From the NCBI GenBank assembly GCA_905178155.1, contig CAJINV010000004.1, positions 10,895,655 through 10,959,654 of the forward strand: a stretch of 64,000 nt of DNA. The letters run 5' to 3'. A program made the translations under genes and the position numbers. Shown piece by piece: positions 12,401 through 24,953 of this stretch. The stretch's first letter is position 1; the number at the start of each line of letters is the position of its first letter. This stretch comes from Amoebophrya sp. A120 (taxonomy: Eukaryota; Protista; Dinoflagellata). A model generated the notes under the pieces. It saw nothing but the letters and a program-made list of their open reading frames with translations. It did not search any database and was not told where the DNA came from.

Positions 12401-15400
12401 TGTTTTTCTTGCCCGCTGGGAAGTTGTCCGCGGCATTGCCCGCGGCCGGAGAGAGAAAAGCGAGAAAGGTATACATCATGGTTGCTTGTTTTGTGTTGAC
12501 GTCAGGGTCCACATGGTAGGAGAAAGTCTGTTCAGCCTTTCGCCTAGTGGCCTCTTGCGTTGATCGTTAAGTACTTCAGTGAAAACACGACGTAGCGGGT
12601 CAAGGAAGGATCTTCCACAGCGACACCTCATAGAATCCAGTGACATCATGAAAGTAAATGAAAATATCCGCTCCAATTACTTTACAAAATCAGGTTTTCG
12701 CCCTGTGGATGCACCATTTGGCGGATTTCCAGGAGGAGCGGAAGGAGGGCTATCTCACCAAGCACGATCGCTACAAGGTTGTGAGAATCACCGAGTTCTT
12801 TCTCCAACACGTCTTAAAAAGCCTCGCCATCGAGGTGCAAGACGGGTTCGCCCTGCTGAATCTAATCCGGCTGTCCCGCAGCTTTGCCCAGGGCCAGCTC
12901 TTCGTGGGGCAGAGTCACATGCTAAAGCAGTACCTGCACATGCCGCGCTCGCTGGTGTCGTCCCCGACTACATTGACCGAAACTGCAATCGGTGCGCGTG
13001 CGAAAGATGGAACAAACGCTGGAAATAAAGCCGTCTCTAATAGTACTGCGGTAAATAACGTAAACCGTGTCTACATCTCGGACTGGGAAACCTTGCTACG
13101 CCTACTCGACGACCTGCACGTCGGGACGCCGGAGGAGCTCGCGAAGTGCTTTGCGGATATCTTTGCGTACGTGGTTTCTTCCTCCGGCATGGACGAAAAC
13201 CTGACCTCCGACCTTGCTTCGATCCTCGAGGGCGAGGCCATCGACCTGGTCGCGAAGATGCTGCACGCCTGGTATCCCTTTTTGGGCGATGACCTGGCGA
13301 AAAACCTCGGCTTCCTGGCTCACGGGCTGCTCGCGACGCAGTTCCACCTGGAGGTGGCGGTTGTACCATTAGAAGAGATAACCACAGCAGCTGTATCAGG
13401 GGAACAAGCTTTGTTGAAACAGCTGGCAAACAAGAAGACGACCTCTCTCGTCCAGCGACGAAAAAACGCGGCAAGGGGAGGTGGAAACAAAGCGCAGCAA
13501 CAGCAGACCGTGGAGTTGCGGGTCAGCCGGAGGGCGTGCAGTAGTGTCCCTGATCTGCGGAAGCGCGGCCTGGAGGTCGCAGATCGCACTTTGGGCGAGG
13601 CGGAGAGAAGCAACAACGGTTCTTCTTCTTCATTTTCGACGAACAACAACCCCAGTGCCAGTACGTCAAAAATCAAAAACCGCAACCCGATCTTCCCGGC
13701 ACGAAACAGCACATCTTCGAGCAACTCCAAGAGCACTGACTCTTCGCACGAGGATTCAGGAAATAATATCAATTCGAAAAATAAACCTCGAGACGTGAAC
13801 CGCATCTTCATCCCCTCCTTCCGCGACGAGTTCCCTCGGTTGGGGCATGGCGTGCGAGCGGGGGACTCGAAGGAGCTGGTGACGTTTTGGCAGAAAGTTT
13901 TCTTCGACTCTGTTCTGAAGGACACATTGTTGCTCGCTTTTGCGGACACGGGGGCGCTTCTGTACTGTTCGACGTTGGATAAACTGCTGGTCACGGCCGG
14001 GAAAGACAACTACCCCTCCAGTTTGAACAAGTTCAAACCTGTGTCTCTATCCTACAAGAAGGGAATCACCGCGTACCTGGTGCACACAAAGTTCCACGGG
14101 TTCGACTCCAATGTGCGGATAAAAAAACCTTCTGCAACTACGGAGCTGCAAGGCGGGGGGCACCCGGCCACCGAGGCTCCTTCTGTCGAGCTACCATTGG
14201 AGCAATTTGTGAGGCAGGTCGCGCGGGAAGAGGTCACGGACCCGCGGATGGAGAACAACGCCTCTGGGGCAGCCGGCGGGTTCGGAAAACTTCTGCACGG
14301 CTTGTTCCTGCCCTCGAGGCAGCAGGAGCAAGAGCGGGGGTCTGGTGAACCCCCTACTACTACTAGGCCAGCTTTGTCGTACGCGGAGCGCAGGAATCAA
14401 GTGGTAGCGAACAAATCGAGCACCACCGCAGGAGCCCCCAATACCGCATCACAATTTGGAGGGGCGGTGAGTTCTAGCTCAAATACGAGCTTGAACACCT
14501 CCGGGTCGTTCCCAGTCGCGCAGCAAAATCAAAGTGGTCAGCAACCGTTTGTCTTTGGATCTACTTCAGGTTTCGGTCTTCCGCAGCCATTATCCACCAG
14601 TGCAAACAATCACGAATTATCACTACACCTCCCGGACCCGAGTCCAAGCACAGCGAGGAATCGGTCCAACGTGCCGGGGTTATTTCTCCCCGAACAGCGA
14701 AACAACTACAAAGGCAAGGGCAAAAACAGCAGCAGCGGGCTGCAACAGTTTGACCGAGCACGGATGCTGGCAAACGGGACGTTGGATGGTAGCAGCTTCG
14801 ACGCTTCTTTCAGCAGTGGTTTATTGTTCCAGAGCAAAGGTGGTAGTAGCGCTAGCGGTGCTTCGTCGAGTTCGAATTCGTTCAACGCTGGAAAAGGAGG
14901 CTTCGCCACGACGTCGAAAAGCCAGCAACTACCGGCAAACGCTACTGACGGCACCATTTTCTGTAAATGCAACCTGCCTGCGAAGGAGTGTTTCGCGAAC
15001 AAGACAAACAGGTACTTCTGGGGTTGCGCAAGAGGGGCGAAGCACAAGGGCGGCTGCGGCTTCTTTCAGCCGATCTTGAGTAATGAGGAGAAGGAACGGT
15101 GTGGCAAGAAAAGACCGCCGGTATTTGTACCAGCTGAGGGTCGTGCCGCTGCGGCGGCAGAACTCCATGACCAAGCAAGAACTAAAAACCCGGACGTTGG
15201 TTTCCTATCGCTGCCCCCCGGCGAGCCGTGCAGCGCTTGGAACAACCCCACGGAGAAGGCAATTGCCAGCGCCGACGCCCTGCTGAAGAGGATCCGCGCG
15301 GAGGAGAACAAGCCTCTGGGAACGCAGAAGGCAGATACAATTTCCTCGTTCAGTTCGAACGTGGAGGTGGAGCCGGTCGGCGCGGAAATGCAGCTGGAGG

Positions 15401-18400
15401 CAGACGACGTTGACATGGCGCAGCCTTTCGATCATGACGCAGGCGGGGCAGAAGTGTGTGACGAGGAGGAGATTTTTGTGAATCTTCAGGAACCTCCTCC
15501 TGGAGGGGGAGCTCAAGCTGAACACAGAAGCGAGAATCTGTTTTTGCAGAACCCGATTCTCGCACCGGCTGCTCCGCAATTGGTTGCTACTTCGGCGGGA
15601 GAAAACGAAAACGGCAGGAGCGGCACAGCTTTATTAAATGCAGCGGCGACTGGCGTTACTGATACTGACGCGGCCAAAAATAGCATCCAGCAGAAAAAGG
15701 TTGCTCCGACCGTGGGTTCCGCGGCACCGGTTGCGGTACAACCAGCAGCGCCAGCGCACGTGCCGGTAGTGCCCGAGAGGAAGCAGGCTGTCGTCACAAA
15801 GCCCGCTCCTGTGCCAGCACCAGCGGTTCCGTCTGTTGCTGCTGTGGCTTCTGTACAAACCCAACAATCTTCATCAGCTGCATTTGCTGCTCCACCAGCC
15901 GCGACTGCGACTAGTTTTGGTTTTGGTGGTTTCGGTACTACAACTTCGGGTGCTCTGCAGACTACAAACGCTTTTGGTTCCACTTTCGGGAACGCGACCA
16001 CAAACTTCGGCGTTTTCGGCGCAGCAAACACGACAGCTTCGCAACACCAGCAGCAAGCACCGTTTCAAAGCCAGTTTGGAGGTTTTGGGAAAGTGAATCA
16101 ACAAGCACCGCAACCAAATGCTGGCCAAGCCGCGACTGGTTCTTTCCCAACCCTTGCGAAACTCCCCGTAGTTACCAATCAGGATAGTGCGATGGCGTCC
16201 ACAGAGTCCCAGCCGGTGAATACGGACAAGAGCAGCAGCAGCAACTCTTGTTCCTCCCGCGCCGGCGGCGGTGGTTCGTCCGTGATAGGTGACAGAACCA
16301 AAAATCAGCGCTTGCCAGATTCGCTGCAGAACAGAAATGGGAAAAATTTCAACGCAGGGCAGGACGAAGACCATCAGCCTTCTTCGGAGGAAGTGAAACC
16401 AAACGACTCCCCGGCAACAAAAGCGCTGAAGCGTAAGCGAAACGATTTCTTCGCGACTCTGGCCCAGCAGACCTCCGCAGACCGGGATCACTTGCAGATC
16501 GAGCAGGAGGACGAGGGTGGACTGGCAGATAGAGATCAAAGTGCAACAAGCAAGGCTGAAGACGACGGGGGAGCGCCCTCTGTCATTGCGGTTTCCTCTG
16601 TTGTGGACTTGACAAAAGACGACGATGGGCCCCCGCAACAAGTAGGCGAAAAACGACCAGTCGTGCAGCAGGAGGTCGCCATCGCGCCAAACGACGACGA
16701 TTTTGCGGAACTGCAGGGCGTGCCGATTCGACAGAGAAACGCCAACCGAGGCTCGAAGAACAAAAGGCAGAGAATAGCGTTACTCAGCAACGACAACAAC
16801 AGCGGTGGTGGAAATGTAGGAATCACAGCCGGGGACGACCAGGAGAATCCTAAATCAGATTCGCCGACGAAATCAAATAAGCCTAAGCCCTTCACCTTTC
16901 CCGAGCCAGATTTGAACCCGGACGAGAGGCTGGACACGGGCGCGAGAACATCAGCATTGAACATCATGGCTCTGATCGAACAAGCCGAGGAGAAGGGAGC
17001 AAAGAACCGGGCGGCGAGGCAGGCTGCGGCGAAGAATAGCCTGGATGCTTTTGTTCTGCCGAAAAATGGAAGTGCAGCTAGTACTGGTGCAGCTTCTGTA
17101 CTAGGAGCCACTGCAACTACTACAACCGCGCCTCCGATCGCGACGTTGCGTATCCAGAAGAAATACCTGGACGCGATCAAATCTGGGAAAAAAACCGTGG
17201 AAGGCCGGGTGAAGACCGGAAATTTGGTGACGGTTCGACCGGGGAACACACTCCGGCTGGAATCCGGCCCGATGAACAAGTGCGAGGTTGTAGTCAAATC
17301 AGTTCGGGAGTTCGGCAAATTCTCCGACATGCTGGCTTCCATGGGCGTGGAAAACTGCTTACCGGGGTGCAAATCGGTAGCGGAAGGTGTAGAAATCTAC
17401 CACGCCTTCCCGGACTACGAGGATAAAGCGCGGAGATATGGGGTAGTTGCGTTTGTAATCAGCCTGCCGGATGGCGGAGGAGCGACGGGACCTCCAAATG
17501 CGAAGGCGACTGCAGGAACTTCAACGGGGTTTGGATTTGGTGGTGCGAGTAACAATTTTGAAGTTGCTGGGAGCAGCACCTGTTTTCCTAGTGCAACCTC
17601 CAGCACCAGCTTCAACAACAACACGAACGCATCTTCAAACGTGAACCTGCCAGCATCTTCGCTGAAAGTAACTAAGAAGAAGCTCGGCTACCCACACTGT
17701 TTCTGCGATCGGCCGTGCGGCTTTCCCTTCCCGATTAAGAAGGAAGGACCGAACAGCGGAAAACTGCTCTACAAGTGCGCCGCGGCGGGGCAAGGAAGCG
17801 CAGCTGCTGCTGGGAAAAATTACAACAATAGCCGACGCGGCAATTTTTATGGAAATAACCGGCCGGATTTCGAATCTGAAGGTTTCGTGAAAGGGAAGGT
17901 TTGCCACTACCTGGTGATCACCGGCGAGGACGAGGATATTCCGAAGAAGTACAAGCCGGAGGGCCTGATGTGCGCGGAAATTCCGCTTTGTAGCTGCGAT
18001 CGGCCGGCGGTGTGGTACGAGACGAAAGCGGTGCCGCCGAAGCTGTTCTGGAAGTGCGCGAACAAGCAGTGTCAGTTCTTCGAGTGGTACAACGGGCAGG
18101 TGGCGGTACACGACGATAAGATGCAGGTCGTGGTGGAGAAGGCGAATCAAAACAACAATCACGTCGCGGGGGTCGGGAATGATTTTGATACGAAAAATCA
18201 ATTTTTTGTTGGCAAAAACCTGAAAAAGGAAAATGGTGTTCGGATCCCCATGCCCAAGGACAGCGTCCCATCTGGCGATGCTGCAGGAAATCCAACTGAC
18301 AAGCTGAGGCAGCTACTGGGAAAAAAGCCGGCTAAGATGACCGAAACAAACCAAAATGCTACACGCCACCCGCAGCAACAGATGAGGCACGACTCGATGC

Positions 18401-21400
18401 AGAAGATGCCAACGGCTGCCACGGCTCGGAACAACCAGAAAGATACCAGATTCCCCGCACCAGCCGCGTTTGGAAACGTCGAAGGAACTACGAACGGTGA
18501 TGAGTACAAGCAGCGGAACTCCAGCTCATTTGCTGCCGGGGGTACTACAACCGCGGGGAGCGTTACTGCAACCACGACGGGCAACGTATGGCGTTCTCAA
18601 ATGTTACATTCTCAACTGTTACATGATTTGTCATACAAAATTCCAATCAGAATCGACACGACCAAGCTGCTTCGCATGACAAATTCCCGAAGGGACAAAC
18701 AGGATGGGAATCTGTGCCGAACCTGTAATGCAAAAGGCGCAATCTTCACCCTTGCATTTTTGCCATTCTTGCATTACAAATTCATGTAACAGCTGAGAAT
18801 GTAACGTTTGAGAGCGCCATACAATGGGGTTCCCTCAGTTTCGGTGTCCGAAGTTCCACCGGGTGGCGCTGCGACGAACTCGAGTTTCGGGAATTTCACG
18901 TCGGGCACAGATTTCGGACAGCAACAGCAGCACAGAAATCCGGGGTTTGGCTTCACGAATTCGAATCACAATAACGACGACGGCGCGCGCCACAAGCCGC
19001 ATAAGAAACATGCCAGTTTCACCGCACGAAACAAAGAGGAAAAGTCCCTTTTCTTCGGACCGGACGAGGACAAAAATCCTTTTAAGCAGCCGTTTCGACC
19101 GCCGGCACGGCCGTCTACACAGCAAGACGGTAATATGTCAGTTTTCGGCGCGCCGTCGCAACCGCAAGTGAATCAAAATAAACAGTCGAACTTTGGATTC
19201 GGTACTGCTGCAGTGTCGAACATTAATGGAGAAGCCAGAAACTTTGGCACGGCGGCTTTCAACACGAATGGCAACCGAGGATTTGGTTTTGGAACCGCTG
19301 CGGTATCCAACAACAACGTGAATCGTGCCCCTTTTGGTTCCGCCGCAGTGAACCAGAACCTCCGCCAGAGCTGCTTCGGGAACTTCGGCACTGCTGCTCC
19401 GCCGGCGGCACCCGTGAAACAGGCACAGAATGTGTTTCTGCAGCAGCAGTCCGCGTTTCACGGAACAGCAGTCAGTCAAGCGTTCGGCGGAACGAGTTTG
19501 CGTGCTTCGGCTTCGTATGAGGAATTGCAGTTGTTGAAAGCTGGAAAGCAGTCCTCCTCTGTGGCACCGTTCGGAAATCATGGCAACGGGAATAAAAGCG
19601 TGGCTCATGACCAGAATCTTCAAACGCACCACAGACAGTCAGTTCCGCTACAGCAGGCGATGCAACCACCAGCCCGTCCGCCATCAAGGAAAACGAGTTT
19701 TCTTGACAAGCACAGGAACTGGCAGTACCACGAGCCGGTGAAGGGAACGGAGGTTAATGCGAGCCAAAACGCGAAGAACCAAAGCGAAAGCCAAATGCAA
19801 CCAACGAATCAAGATTTTGCTGGGAACGTCGCGAAGCAAGTTGGTCAGTCCCAATTTCTGGTTCCTCCAAGCAACGCCGCGTCCTCACAGTTTGGCGGGG
19901 GCTTTGGCCGTCAGAACCTACAACCGCAGCACTTTGAAGCTTCAGCGTTCGGTGGGCTGAATTTGAATTTGAACAACGACAAACCCAGAGGACTGCAAGG
20001 CCACGAAACCGCAAGCGCCGTACCGGGTGGTCAAAACAGCAAAATTTTCAACGCAGCCAACCATCAAAAGAACCCCAACCAGCCTACCGCCTCCGCCATA
20101 TTGTTTCCTCTCAACAGCATTAACCTTCGAACCCACGATGCCATCGCTCATCGGGAGAAGGAGGCGAAGAAGAAAGCTTTGCAGAACGAGCTCGCAAAGC
20201 AGGAGAAAATCCACGGTCCACCGAGCTGGATCCAGCCGAGGCACAACGAAAACCTCGGTCAACATGCGAAAAACCAACACGAACAGAAAAATCAAAATGG
20301 AAACAACAACAAGCCAAGTAGTAAGCCCAAGCAGTACTACGTGGGTGCGTTCGGGACGAAGTATCCGTACAGGGAAACCTTAAATTTCCAGCACCTCTAC
20401 GAGTTTGACAAGGACGCTTTGCGGGTGCAGCGCCAGGACAAAAACTGGTGCGCAACGGATCCGCTACCGAACGGAGACAAAGCGGTGTACTACGACCAGT
20501 TCAAGTGCAATTTGAACGAGGTGATGTCTTTATCCGAAGACCCCGATAACTTTTCCGACGTCTTTTTCGGCTCGAGCATCTGTGGGTCCATCGCACGACG
20601 ACCCATGACCGCGAGAAACAATAAGCCAGTGGTGCATCAGAGAGTGATGTCGTCGAAGGCGGTTGGTGGAAGTGGAACTGCAAATGCGGGTCAGCAGCAG
20701 GCACAGGCGTCCGGGAAGATGACGAGATCCCCCTTGATGCAAGGGAAGAAGGTGGCGCGGACGACGGGGACAACAAGGCCGGAGACGGTATTTACGCCGA
20801 GTCCGGTCAGTAAGGCGAAGGAAAAAGGGGAAATTGACAGGGAACTGTTGGGCCTGGGCAATGGGAGGTACTGTTGTTCTGTTGTTGCTGTTTCTCCTAT
20901 CTCGATGATCCTCATCTTTTTGTTCGATGTTCTTTCGTTTCAGGACTAGAAGCACATCATCCATGAGGCATTCGGATCTGTTGTTGACTCTGTTTCCACC
21001 TTTTTTTTTGAGTTGATATTGAATGAAAAAAACCAAATCAGGCCTTCTGAAGTCGTTGACCTTACCGCAGAAGACGACGATGAACCCTCCGCAGAGAAGC
21101 GCGTTTTCCCGCCACCATCGAAGCGACTCTTCGAGCGGATTCCTGGAGCGTCACCACCGCTGAAGAAGTTCTGTCCAGACGAGAACGAAACGGTGGGGCA
21201 CAAGATTCACCAGCACCATCAACGCAATACCGTCGCACACATTGATCCGGAGGAAATCAAGTCTGCCCTGCACTGGCTGAAAGCGCAGATCAAGACGCAG
21301 CTCTGGATTATCGCGAAAGCAAAGATCGACAAAATTCTGGCTGCGATTGGAGAAGTGCTGGTGAGAGGAGAAAAAATGCCAGTTGCGATGCTCACCTTCG

Positions 21401-23361
21401 AGATCCAAAAGGTGATCAGCAGTTGTGCCCATGATGGCAACGAAGCAGGGCCAGCACATGGTCGCTCTTCAGCACTTCAGATGAAGCACCAGGAGCTGAT
21501 CAGTGGGATTGTTGAGAGACGGGCTCATTTGGCTCTTGCGCTGCAGGAGTACAACATGGTGCAGCAAAACAATTGCAGAAAGCAGGAGGGGGCTGCGCAA
21601 GGAGCTGAGATTTTTAAAGCTGCTCCGGATCATGTTGTGCCGCGATCGGGCAATCGCCATGGAAATGGTTCTCTACATCGAGCTGCTGTTGATCAGCACG
21701 AGGTCGAAGAAAATTCTGGCTACAATGGCGTCGGCTGCAAGATCACGAACGTGATGTTTCAACCCCTGACCGTGATCAACCCGAAAAACATCCAACAGAA
21801 CAAGGAGAGGCAGTTCGAGAACAAGAGGCCGCCACAGATGCCGGATGTAATGCCCTACCAGCAGTCCACCGCCTTACAACTGCAGCAAACCTGCAGCAGC
21901 CATATGGTTAAGAACAACTCTGGTGCACCGCAACCTCTCCCTGATGAAGCACCACATCAAATAGACTCAATAAAGATGAACTATTTCGCCGCGAAAAAGA
22001 AGTATTCTCAGTACAAAAAGCAGCTCCGCGAGCAGATCCTGCAACAGAACCTTCCCCGTCCGACCTGCAAGTGCGGGGTGACGACGCTAAAAGCCATCCG
22101 GATGGGGTACAGCTACATGTACGTCTGCCACAACTACCGGGAGGACCAAGGGAGGGGTGATTGCGACTTCATCCAAGCCTGGAAGAATATGGAGATCGAT
22201 GTGGGGAAAATTGTCGAAGAAGTCAACAAAGTGGAGCAGAAGGAGATCGAGAAACAACTGCACGAGATCGACAACATCGGAAACTTTCGGAATTACCGGG
22301 ACTTGGAGCCCGGTGTGGAAAAGGAGCTGCGGGGGTCTTTATCGAAAGTGGATACTTTCGAGAAATTGACGTCGGGGAAAGACAAAATCGACGACTTCGT
22401 TCCGAACGGGTTTTCGGAGAAGGCGCGGGAGAAGTTGATCCAGGAACAGCCCGGGATGTTTATTGCGGGGAACAAGAAAGATTCTGCTCGGCATAAAAAT
22501 CGTGGCGCTCATGCGACCTCCTCCGATCTATTGGATGTGGATGACGAGCTCCGTGCGTCGATGGCGAATGTGAACGTGATTGGGCCGGACGATAGTGTGT
22601 CGAACTACGTGCCGTCGCCCGAACGGAGGATGGACAATAGAACGTCGCGGAATATTCACATTCACGAGCAGAGGCACAACTCCAACCAAGGTTTAGCGTC
22701 TTCGAAACCGAATCTCTTCACATTGGCAAACGGGAACGCGGTCCCGCCGGTAGTTCGGAAAAATGAAAACAAGAGCAGTTTCGCCGACGCTCTGTTTGGC
22801 TCTTCGAGGAACGAGCGGCAGGCACAGAGCAGAAGTAATGTAAACTACAACGTTGACAGAGACAGTTTTGGGTACAACAACAGCCAAAAGCAGCTCAACG
22901 CTCGATCGGAATTTCGGCCTCCGAATCGTACGGATCAGAAACAGCCGTTTCGCATGAATATGAATCCGCCAGCGATCAACAAGAACCGGAACAATAGGCA
23001 GAAAACTTCTGAACAACCGATAATTCCCGTGCAGCAACAGCAGCAGCCGCAAGTTTCGAACTGCCACTGCGGTTTGAAAGCGAAATTCGTCACAACCGTT
23101 GACGCAACGAGGACACAAATCTACGGGTGCGGGATTGGCATGGCAGGAGTTCCAAAATGTGGGTTTCAGTGGGAGTGCTCAGCTGCGGTCGGAACGGGTT
23201 TACCCCGGAAGGGAAGTTCTTCTCTTGCGCCCGTGCAGCAGTACGTGCAAGCGAGACCGGCGGGTCTGAGCTTGAACGATTACGAGATGCAGCGGTTGCG
23301 AGAACAGGAGGAGGAGGATCCGGAGTTGAAGCGGAGACGGTTGTATGTGGGGATGGATTGA
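9418..23361 (+). CDS. Giant (~4,438 aa) protein: degenerate Ski2/Mer3/Brr2-like helicase + Sec63-like region, ASCH domain, ~5 GRF-type zinc fingers, FG-rich disordered tracts; exons 9418-12480, 12694-18586, 18827-20867, 21042-23361
   Basis: Four ORFs join in frame via GT-AG introns 12481-12693 and 20868-21041 and the TIR element at 18587. Helicase-like motifs: DLICLDHSHL, ILLLASPIANVEMLGQWI, LLVFSGYSRR, SGIGVLH...DREVVWTLFCQGMIRVCVA, ADTVVIAG. ASCH: LRIQKKYLDAIKSGKKTVEGR (~17140-17465). CxC...C...C.FF.W fingers near 14961, 17698, 17988, 22066, 23062. Confidence 0.78.
18587..18821. mobile_element. TIR introner/MITE, family C (235 bp)
   Basis: ~40-bp TIR TATGGCGTTCTCAAATGTTACATTCTCAACTGTTACATGA / TCATGTAACAGCTGAGAATGTAACGTTTGAGAGCGCCATA. 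Direct repeat CAACG/CAATG. Removal gives TTGN-GVPSV in frame. Confidence 0.92.
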
Positions 23362-23974
23362 GCACAAAAAGAAGCTCTGACAAAATTCTCTAATCTTGTT
23401 TATCAATAGTCATCGTTTCAATTTTATCGTTTGTGAGAGCTATGGTATGATCCTGTGGCTAGCTTTACAAGTCACATTTGCAATATTCCTAGAATGAATT
23501 TTAACAATTTTATGGCGAGATCCAGAGCGCCACCAATGTCCTTTACTGTTTTGGTACACTACCCTAGCGGAACTGCGGGATCCTTTACCGTTTCGAAAGC
23601 TCAGGCTTGAAGAATCAACTCTCTATCTAGTACTCGAAGGGGAAATTAGTTGCAAATGTGAATACCAAAAAATCAGAAAATGAACTGGCCAGTAGACAGC
23701 ACCTTCACGAACTTCTTTCTAGAGAACTTGTTTATCCTTTCTTCTTTATTTTTTCAGTTGCAGCTGCTATGTATTGCATTTGCAGTTACTCTTTGTCCTG
23801 TTTCAGAAAATAAAGCTAGCACTGCGTTCGTCTTCTAAATTTTCATGCCCTCGAGAACTTTTCTTCTTTTCCAAGAACAATTTTACATTTTTTATCTCTG
23901 GGATTTTACAAAGCAATGTCATCATCTCTCGCGCTGATCGCACTCCATCACCGGCCGGAAAAAAAAAAAGAGAA

Positions 23975-24022
23975 AGCAAATTTCTATTTCAACAGCAAAT
24001 TTCTATTTCAACAACCAAATTT
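23975..24022. repeat. 19-bp tandem repeat (AGCAAATTTCTATTTCAAC x2 plus a partial copy)
   Basis: Read directly in AT-rich intergenic DNA. Confidence 0.7.
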
Positions 24023-24953
24023 GGGAACATATTTTGATTTTGAGAATTTCTTTCTAAAGGTCAATCAGACGCCGAATATCAATACATTTGGTTTTATTGA
24101 TGGAGATGGCGTTGCTACTCGATTTGTGAACTTTTTTCTTCTTGAATGCTTGCGGCCAGAAAAGCTACTTAAAGGAAGCAGAACTGTAAAAGTCAATGTA
24201 GAATAGATACCGAACGAGGACCACAACAATAAGATGAAGTTTACTACAAATTCAAATATTTATTATCGGTTATCGAAGTGGAAGTTAAAAAATTGAGCTA
24301 ATATTTGGTTCCAGTTTCGATTGCGGAAAAATTTAAATGATTTTCGGCTTGGATAGAAACTCCTGTCTGTGACTGGTGCTACAGAAGAAAATAGAAATGA
24401 AAATGATAAAGTTTCAATTTGCTTTTTTTGTTCTTCATTAGCGGAGCAGACAATTAAATGGTGGCGCCGCCTGTTCGACGTGTGATTTTGGAGGGCGTGT
24501 GCAAGTGCGTCAGGAGGTATTGAAGGTGATGGCACCTGTGTAGAATGAACTTCAACCTGTTTCTGCTTCACAAAGCGTGCGTATGTGGTGTACTACCCGG
24601 TGGATTTTTGTGGAGAGTAGAGTGACACGATCTGTTGAATATCAGCGCAGTAGAGTCGAGCCTATCGGCTCCTTAGTGTGTTTGCAAAATGGCAGAAAAT
24701 CGTACCAGAAAGCAAGAAGTTCTTGAAAAGCACACGACTCGGACTCGGTAAAGTAGAGGATCGAGAGTGAGGTAGAGAATCACACCTCACATCGAGACTC
24801 CGAAGATGAGCCCCTTGAAGCAGACACGAAAACGCCTCTCAAGTTGAAGAGGCCACAAACCCAACGTGCTGGTGAAGATCAGGAAGACCTTCAGAACTAA
24901 ACGACCACGGCGCGGTCCTTCGCTTTCCAACGGAGTCACGACCATCTCCCACG

